Notes under the pieces: generated by a model
Told to the model about the DNA's origin: nothing
Databases searched by the model: none
What the model saw: only the letters and a program-made list of their open reading frames with translations
Assembly: GCA_038245785.1 (NCBI GenBank)
Contig: JBBRSB010000012.1
Span: 1-64,000, forward strand
Direction of reading: 5' to 3'
Origin: Gloeobacterales cyanobacterium
Lineage (GTDB): Bacteria; Cyanobacteriota; Cyanobacteriia; Gloeobacterales; PMM-0068
Length of the DNA: 64,000 nt
Program-made: the position numbers and the translations under genes
In this document: piece by piece, positions 59,226-64,000 of the stretch
How the letters are laid out: each line of letters starts with the position of its first letter
Numbering within the stretch: position 1 is the first letter of the stretch

Positions 59226-60161
59226 TTATTCAGTAGCTGAGACTTCAGCCAACGCCGCTTCCGTTTGAGCTAGCTGTTCGGCTTCCATCTTTTCACGATA
59301 GCGAGCTGCCCGCTCTTCGGCATTGGCAAAAACCGCTTCTTGGTCTTGGACCATCTCACCAGGGGTTTCTTCCAGCTGCTTGGTAGAAAGGCTAATGCGT
59401 CCCCGCTCAGCATCTAGATCGATAACCATAACTTTGATTTCCTGACCGACGGTAAAGACGGAATGAGGGGTCTCAATATGGTCATGGGAAATTTCAGAGA
59501 TGTGTAGCAGTCCAGAAACGCCACCGATATCTATAAAGGCACCGTAGGGCTTGATCCCACGGACACGACCAATAACGACTTGACCTTGCTCCAGACGGTT
59601 CATCCGCTTCTCAACCAGCGCACGACGATGAGAGAGCACAAGGCGGTTGCGCTCTTCGTCCACTTCTAAGAATTTCAGAGGCAATTCCTGATCAATCAGG
59701 TCTTCCTTTGGTTCCTTGGTGCTCAAGTGTGAACCAGGGATAAATCCTCTCAGTCCTTCGATGCGGACCAAGGCTCCACCACGGTTAACTGCGAAAATCT
59801 TGGCGCGGACGGTGGAATCTTCCGATTGGAGTTTCCGAACACGCTCCCAAGCTTTCATGTACTCAATGCGACGGATAGAGAGGGTTAGCTGACCCTCTTC
59901 GTTCTCATCAGAAAGAATAAAAAATTCTCGGGCCTCGCCCTCTTCCATCACTTTGCGGGGATCATCCACCCGGTTGATGGACATTTCTTGTACGGGGAGA
60001 TAGGCAGCTGTCTTAGCTCCAATATCGATCAGGGCTCCACCCGGCTCTAAGCTAAATACGGTGCCTTCTACAATGTCGCCAGGGCTAAATGTGTAGTCAT
60101 ACTGGGGAAGTAACTTCTCAAAGTCTTCGCGAGTAAATCCAATGTCTGTGGCTTGAGCCAA
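59226..60161 (-). CDS. rpsA: 30S ribosomal protein S1 (cyanobacterial three-S1-domain type)
   Basis: IDIGAKT, NRGG, KPYGAFIDIGGVSGLLHISEIS; TTG start with AGGAGG. Confidence 0.95.
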   Translation of the reverse strand: MAQATDIGFTREDFEKLLPQYDYTFSPGDIVEGTVFSLEPGGALIDIGAKTAAYLPVQEMSINRVDDPRKVMEEGEAREFFILSDENEEGQLTLSIRRIEYMKAWERVRKLQSEDSTVRAKIFAVNRGGALVRIEGLRGFIPGSHLSTKEPKEDLIDQELPLKFLEVDEERNRLVLSHRRALVEKRMNRLEQGQVVIGRVRGIKPYGAFIDIGGVSGLLHISEISHDHIETPHSVFTVGQEIKVMVIDLDAERGRISLSTKQLEETPGEMVQDQEAVFANAEERAARYREKMEAEQLAQTEAALAEVSATE

Positions 60162-60333
60162 GGTTTCCTCCTAAGGGAGTCTCATTACTAGGGGTTTACG
60201 TTGCGCCAAAATTCAGAGGCACAGCCTAACAAATATAGAACATGTTGAGCCCTCTTGGAAAGAGAAGCGGTCTTAAGGATAGGTCTAAGCAAAGACATGC
60301 CTTCTTCTTAGCTATCAAAGATTTACTGGATTT

Positions 60334-60846
60334 TCACTTGGTTTTCTTGAAGGTGGATGTCTGTCCAGGTTGGGCTTGAGCATAGGGAATGGCGTGTCCT
60401 CCAGACAAAGCCTTCAAATTGGTATCAAAAATCTTGCTGGTCTGTTCACCAATCAAGTTGCCTAAGATTTTCCCATTCGCATCGATAAAAACGTAGTGGG
60501 GAATTCCGCTAACTTGATAGCGTTCTGCCTCTGGAACCCATTTTTCATTATCAACATTCAGGGCCACAAAATTAACTTTGCTCCGGTATTTTTCTTCCAT
60601 TGCCGCTATAGTCGGCGCCATGCTGTTGCATGAGGTGCACCATTCAGCGTAAAACTCCACTAAGCTCGGCTTACCGTTAGTCTGTGCTTGTTCTAAAGGA
60701 ATAGCTCGCTCTGCCACCTTCGCAGCAGTGAGTGTTTGAGCATCATTGCGGGTGGCGAAAAAGAGCCCGGCACTTACCGCTGCTGCAGCCAACGCCAGGG
60801 AGATATTCCGAATCTTATTGTCCGTGTTAGGAGAACTCTGGGTCAT
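60334..60846 (-). CDS. Membrane-anchored thioredoxin-like protein (TxlA/HCF164-like)
   Basis: EFYAEWCTSC, GIPHYVF. Confidence 0.8.
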   Translation of the reverse strand: MTQSSPNTDNKIRNISLALAAAAVSAGLFFATRNDAQTLTAAKVAERAIPLEQAQTNGKPSLVEFYAEWCTSCNSMAPTIAAMEEKYRSKVNFVALNVDNEKWVPEAERYQVSGIPHYVFIDANGKILGNLIGEQTSKIFDTNLKALSGGHAIPYAQAQPGQTSTFKKTK

Positions 60847-60896
60847 AGATGCTGCAAAAAGGAATATGTCCTAGTGTAAGCATTTCCTTTCCCTAC

Positions 60897-60922
60897 TACC
60901 CCCTCCCTAGGGGGATGGGATA
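60897..60922. promoter_or_regulatory. CsoR-type operator 1
   Basis: TACCCCCTCCCTAGGGGGATGGGATA: C-tract/G-tract pseudo-palindrome upstream of csoR. Confidence 0.75.
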
Positions 60923-60953
60923 ATATAGAGCTATAAATCCATTCCAAAAATTT

Positions 60954-61217
60954 ATGCTTTCTGAAGTAAAGAAGAACACGCTTCGACGTTTGGCTACCAT
61001 TCGTGGGCATTTAGATGCTGTGACTAGAATGGTGGATGAAGAACAGTACTGCATTGATATTTTGCATCAGATAAGGGCGATTGAAGCTTCTCTGGAGAAT
61101 GCCAAGCAGGTCATGGTAGAAGGGCATCTCAAGACTTGTTTTACCCATGCCCTTGCAGAGGGAGCAGGGGAAAAAGCGATCGATGAGCTGATGAAAGTCC
61201 TAAAGAGTAATCGTTAA
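60954..61217 (+). CDS. csoR: CsoR/RcnR family metal sensor
   Basis: RRLATIRGH, YCIDILHQI, HLKTC (C-H-C ligands). Confidence 0.9.
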   Translation: MLSEVKKNTLRRLATIRGHLDAVTRMVDEEQYCIDILHQIRAIEASLENAKQVMVEGHLKTCFTHALAEGAGEKAIDELMKVLKSNR

Positions 61218-61233
61218 TTCTGATTGTGATCAA

Positions 61234-61258
61234 TATCCCCCCCCTAGGGGAGGGGATG
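61234..61258. promoter_or_regulatory. CsoR-type operator 2
   Basis: TATCCCCCCCCTAGGGGAGGGGATG between csoR and copA. Confidence 0.75.
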
Positions 61259-61283
61259 CTAGACGTCCCAAAGCGAGGTCAAG

Positions 61284-63809
61284 ATGAAGACGGTTCGGAA
61301 GTTCCAAATAGAAGGTATGAAGTGCCAGGGATGCGTCAGTGCTGTTCAGGGCGGGATCTCAGCGCTACCTGGAGTGGAAGTCGCTCAGGTCAATCTAGAT
61401 CAAAAAATGCTGACGGTGCAGGCTGCTCCCAGTCTCACGAATCAGGCTATAAGCGCCAAAGTTACCGAACTGGGTTTTGAAGCTTCTCCCCTATCTTCCT
61501 TAGATGATTCAGATGCTGCGGATGAAGATTCGGAAGACCATCCTAGCCAGCCCTCAAGACCTGATACTGCTATTTTCCCGGTTTCTGAGCGGCTGACTTT
61601 TTCGATTCAAGGGATGAGCTGCACAGCTTGTGCTCAAAATATCGAACGGGGAGTTTCCCAACTCCCAGGGGTATCTCGTGCAGAGGTAAACTTTGCCACC
61701 GAACAGATGACGGTCTATCTCGAGGCGCTCGCTGCTGACCTTGTATCCTCAGTCGTCCAAAAAGTTCAGGATTTGGGTTATCAAGCGGCTCCTCAGATTT
61801 CCGAGGTTCAGACCGTTTCTGAGGAAAAGGAATCAGAAGAAGCCCAACAATCTAAGCAATCATTTTGGTGGTTGCTCTACAGCGCGATATTGACAGTCCC
61901 AATTGTGCTCTTGATGTTTGGGATGTCTGCAGAGCTGTCAGTCATGACTGCTGGGATGCAAGGGAATCTTGGGATTTCCTGGCAAATGGGACTATCTTTC
62001 ACTTTGACCACACTTCTACAGTTCACGGCTGGTTGGACATTTTATCGGGGGGCTTATAAAGCGCTGCGTAACGGCTATGCCAACATGGATGTGCTCGTTG
62101 CCCTGGGCATTACTGCAGCCTATGGCTGGAGCGTAGGAGCCACCTTTTTCTATCCTGGCCCGGTGTTCTACGAAACCGCCGCCATGCTGATCACGTTTAT
62201 CCGGGCCGGTAAGTGGCTAGAAGCACGGGCCAAAGGTCGGGCCAACCGTGCCCTGCGTTCGCTCCTGCATCTACAAGCGCAACGGGCTCAGATTTTGACG
62301 ACTACGGGAGAAGTATTGGATATTCCTGCCTCGGAAGTGCAGGTGGGAGCGCGGGTGCTTGTGCGCTCTGGAGGACAGATTCCCGTAGATGGAATAGTCA
62401 CAGAAGGTCAATCAACGGTGGATGAATCGATGCTGACTGGGGAATCTCTACCTGCCGTTAAAAATGTCCAGGACTCGGTTACAGCGGGGACGATCAACCA
62501 AGGAGGACGCCTGGTAATCGAAGCTACCCGCGTCGGTGGTGATACCGTCCTGCAACAGATTGTGCGTTTGGTTCAAGAAGCGCAATCTGATAAGGCCCCG
62601 ATTCAGAAACTGGTGGACCAGGTGAGTAATGTGTTCGTGCCCTTGGTCTTGTTGGTGGCTTTGCTGACTTTTAGTATTTGGTATTTTTGGGCGGGGGCGA
62701 CCCTCTTCTTTGCGTTGAGCCAGACGATCGCCGTACTCGTGATCGCCTGTCCTTGCGCGCTTGGACTGGCGACGCCTACGGCCTTGGTAGTCGGTTCTGG
62801 CATGGGATTAGAGCGGGGGATTCTCTTTAAGAAAATCTCTAGTCTGGAATCTTTGGCTGACTTGGATTGCGTCATCCTGGATAAGACGGGGACCCTGACG
62901 GAAGGAAAGTTTCAGGTTACGGATTTAATAACTGAACAAGCGGTAGACGAACTCTTGCAGACTGCGGCGACTCTTGAACAGTACAGTAGCCATCCTTTAG
63001 CCCGTTCGATTATGCAGAAGGCTCAAGGGCTGGCGCTCGATCCTGTGGAGGACTTTGCCGAAATCCAAGGCCAGGGCTGTTCTGGTCAGATCAACGGAGA
63101 ACCTCACTACGTCGGTCGCCAAGATTTCATCGAAGCGCAAGGAATTTCAACGCCCCCTTGGCTAGCGCGTTACCAAGCGCTGACTGCAGCCGGAAAAACT
63201 GTAATTTTCGTGGCCCGAGGACGAGAAATCCTGGGTCTGATCGCGCTAGCAGATCAGATTAAACCGCAGGCCGCTGAAGCCGTCCGTCGCTTAAGCAATC
63301 TGGGCCTGAAGGTGGTAATGCTGACCGGCGATAACAAGTCGGTGGCTCAATCGGTGGCCAAAGCTCTCGCTATTACTGAATTCCAGGCTGAGGTGCTGCC
63401 CGCAGAAAAGCTGCAATGGGTCAAACATTACCAAGCTCAGGGTCTAAAAACGGTCATGGTCGGGGATGGTATCAATGACAGCCCAGCCTTGGCCCAGGCG
63501 GATCTGGGCATGGCTATCGGTTCCGGCACTGATGTAGCCAAAGAAACCGGAGATATCATTCTTACTAGAAGCAACCCGTTGGATGTAGAACGGGCGATCC
63601 GGCTAGGACGTGCGACGTTATCTAAAGTGAAACAAAATCTGTTCTGGGCGTTTTTCTACAACGTGGTCGGCATTCCGATCGCGGCAGGCGTCTTTTACCT
63701 GCCGCTTGGATTAACGCTCAAACCAGAATTGGCTGGACTCGCCATGGCTTTGAGTTCCATCACTGTGGTAAGCAATGCGCTGTTACTCCGCCGGGCCTCG
63801 TTTGATTAG
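61284..63809 (+). CDS. copA: P1B-1 Cu(I)-transporting ATPase
   Basis: Two GMxCxxC HMA domains, TGES, CPC, DKTGT, GDGIND, YN and MALSS. Confidence 0.93.
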   Translation: MKTVRKFQIEGMKCQGCVSAVQGGISALPGVEVAQVNLDQKMLTVQAAPSLTNQAISAKVTELGFEASPLSSLDDSDAADEDSEDHPSQPSRPDTAIFPVSERLTFSIQGMSCTACAQNIERGVSQLPGVSRAEVNFATEQMTVYLEALAADLVSSVVQKVQDLGYQAAPQISEVQTVSEEKESEEAQQSKQSFWWLLYSAILTVPIVLLMFGMSAELSVMTAGMQGNLGISWQMGLSFTLTTLLQFTAGWTFYRGAYKALRNGYANMDVLVALGITAAYGWSVGATFFYPGPVFYETAAMLITFIRAGKWLEARAKGRANRALRSLLHLQAQRAQILTTTGEVLDIPASEVQVGARVLVRSGGQIPVDGIVTEGQSTVDESMLTGESLPAVKNVQDSVTAGTINQGGRLVIEATRVGGDTVLQQIVRLVQEAQSDKAPIQKLVDQVSNVFVPLVLLVALLTFSIWYFWAGATLFFALSQTIAVLVIACPCALGLATPTALVVGSGMGLERGILFKKISSLESLADLDCVILDKTGTLTEGKFQVTDLITEQAVDELLQTAATLEQYSSHPLARSIMQKAQGLALDPVEDFAEIQGQGCSGQINGEPHYVGRQDFIEAQGISTPPWLARYQALTAAGKTVIFVARGREILGLIALADQIKPQAAEAVRRLSNLGLKVVMLTGDNKSVAQSVAKALAITEFQAEVLPAEKLQWVKHYQAQGLKTVMVGDGINDSPALAQADLGMAIGSGTDVAKETGDIILTRSNPLDVERAIRLGRATLSKVKQNLFWAFFYNVVGIPIAAGVFYLPLGLTLKPELAGLAMALSSITVVSNALLLRRASFD

Positions 63810-63824
63810 ATAGGACTCACACTT

Positions 63825-64000
63825 TCACCGTCCTTCAGGCATTCCATAGACTGAAGTGGGTGCATAAATGGGTCCGCCCATCGGATTTCCAGAATAGTTG
63901 TCGGTTTTGATAATGTAGGCTCTGAGATCGTTGAGGTCGATGTACTGGTCAGCAGCATTGCGTAGTTCCCGAGCAATCATGCCATCGGTGGCTACAACCG
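63825..64000 (-). CDS. labA: NYN-domain LabA-like protein (3' end only)
   Basis: Minus-strand translation VVATDGMIARELRNAADQYIDLNDLR...GR*. Confidence 0.75.
   Translation of the reverse strand, partial: VVATDGMIARELRNAADQYIDLNDLRAYIIKTDNYSGNPMGGPIYAPTSVYGMPEGR

Noticed and set aside
61226..61480. 84-aa ORF between csoR and copA
   Set aside because: Overlaps the operator and copA out of frame; no CxxC chaperone motif
1..64000. CRISPR array, rRNA or intact transposase
   Set aside because: None recognised on reading; not checked computationally

Overview
Cyanobacterial chromosomal segment (chlH-type Mg-chelatase, PetM-like subunit, LabA-like NYN protein, HCF164/TxlA-like thioredoxin). The left ~10 kb is the downstream end of a cyanobacterial-type type IV secretion locus (VirB8-like, VirB10/TrbI, secreted VirB9-position protein, VirD4). 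Directly after virD4 sit a signal-peptide WG-repeat protein and a signal-less GH108 lysozyme with a duplicated C-terminal domain. This is the best candidate for an undescribed system: an interbacterial T4SS immunity/effector pair. Next come MgtC-TPR (Pho-box-like repeats upstream), GNAT, 5-oxoprolinase, a U32 protein, chlH/bchH, and a small islet (GNAT, nonsense-broken hydrolase, VapBC) at the 3' end of tRNA-Arg(TCT). The rest is mostly housekeeping (hisC, gltA, purC, surE, moeA, murJ, purS, prs, mltA, rpsA, rimP-nusA-ylxR-infB, csoR-copA). It also holds an XRE + PD-(D/E)XK nuclease pair, a REP-flanked DUF559 remnant and an LpxA paralogue lacking catalytic residues. All family calls come from motif recognition by eye; no searches were run.
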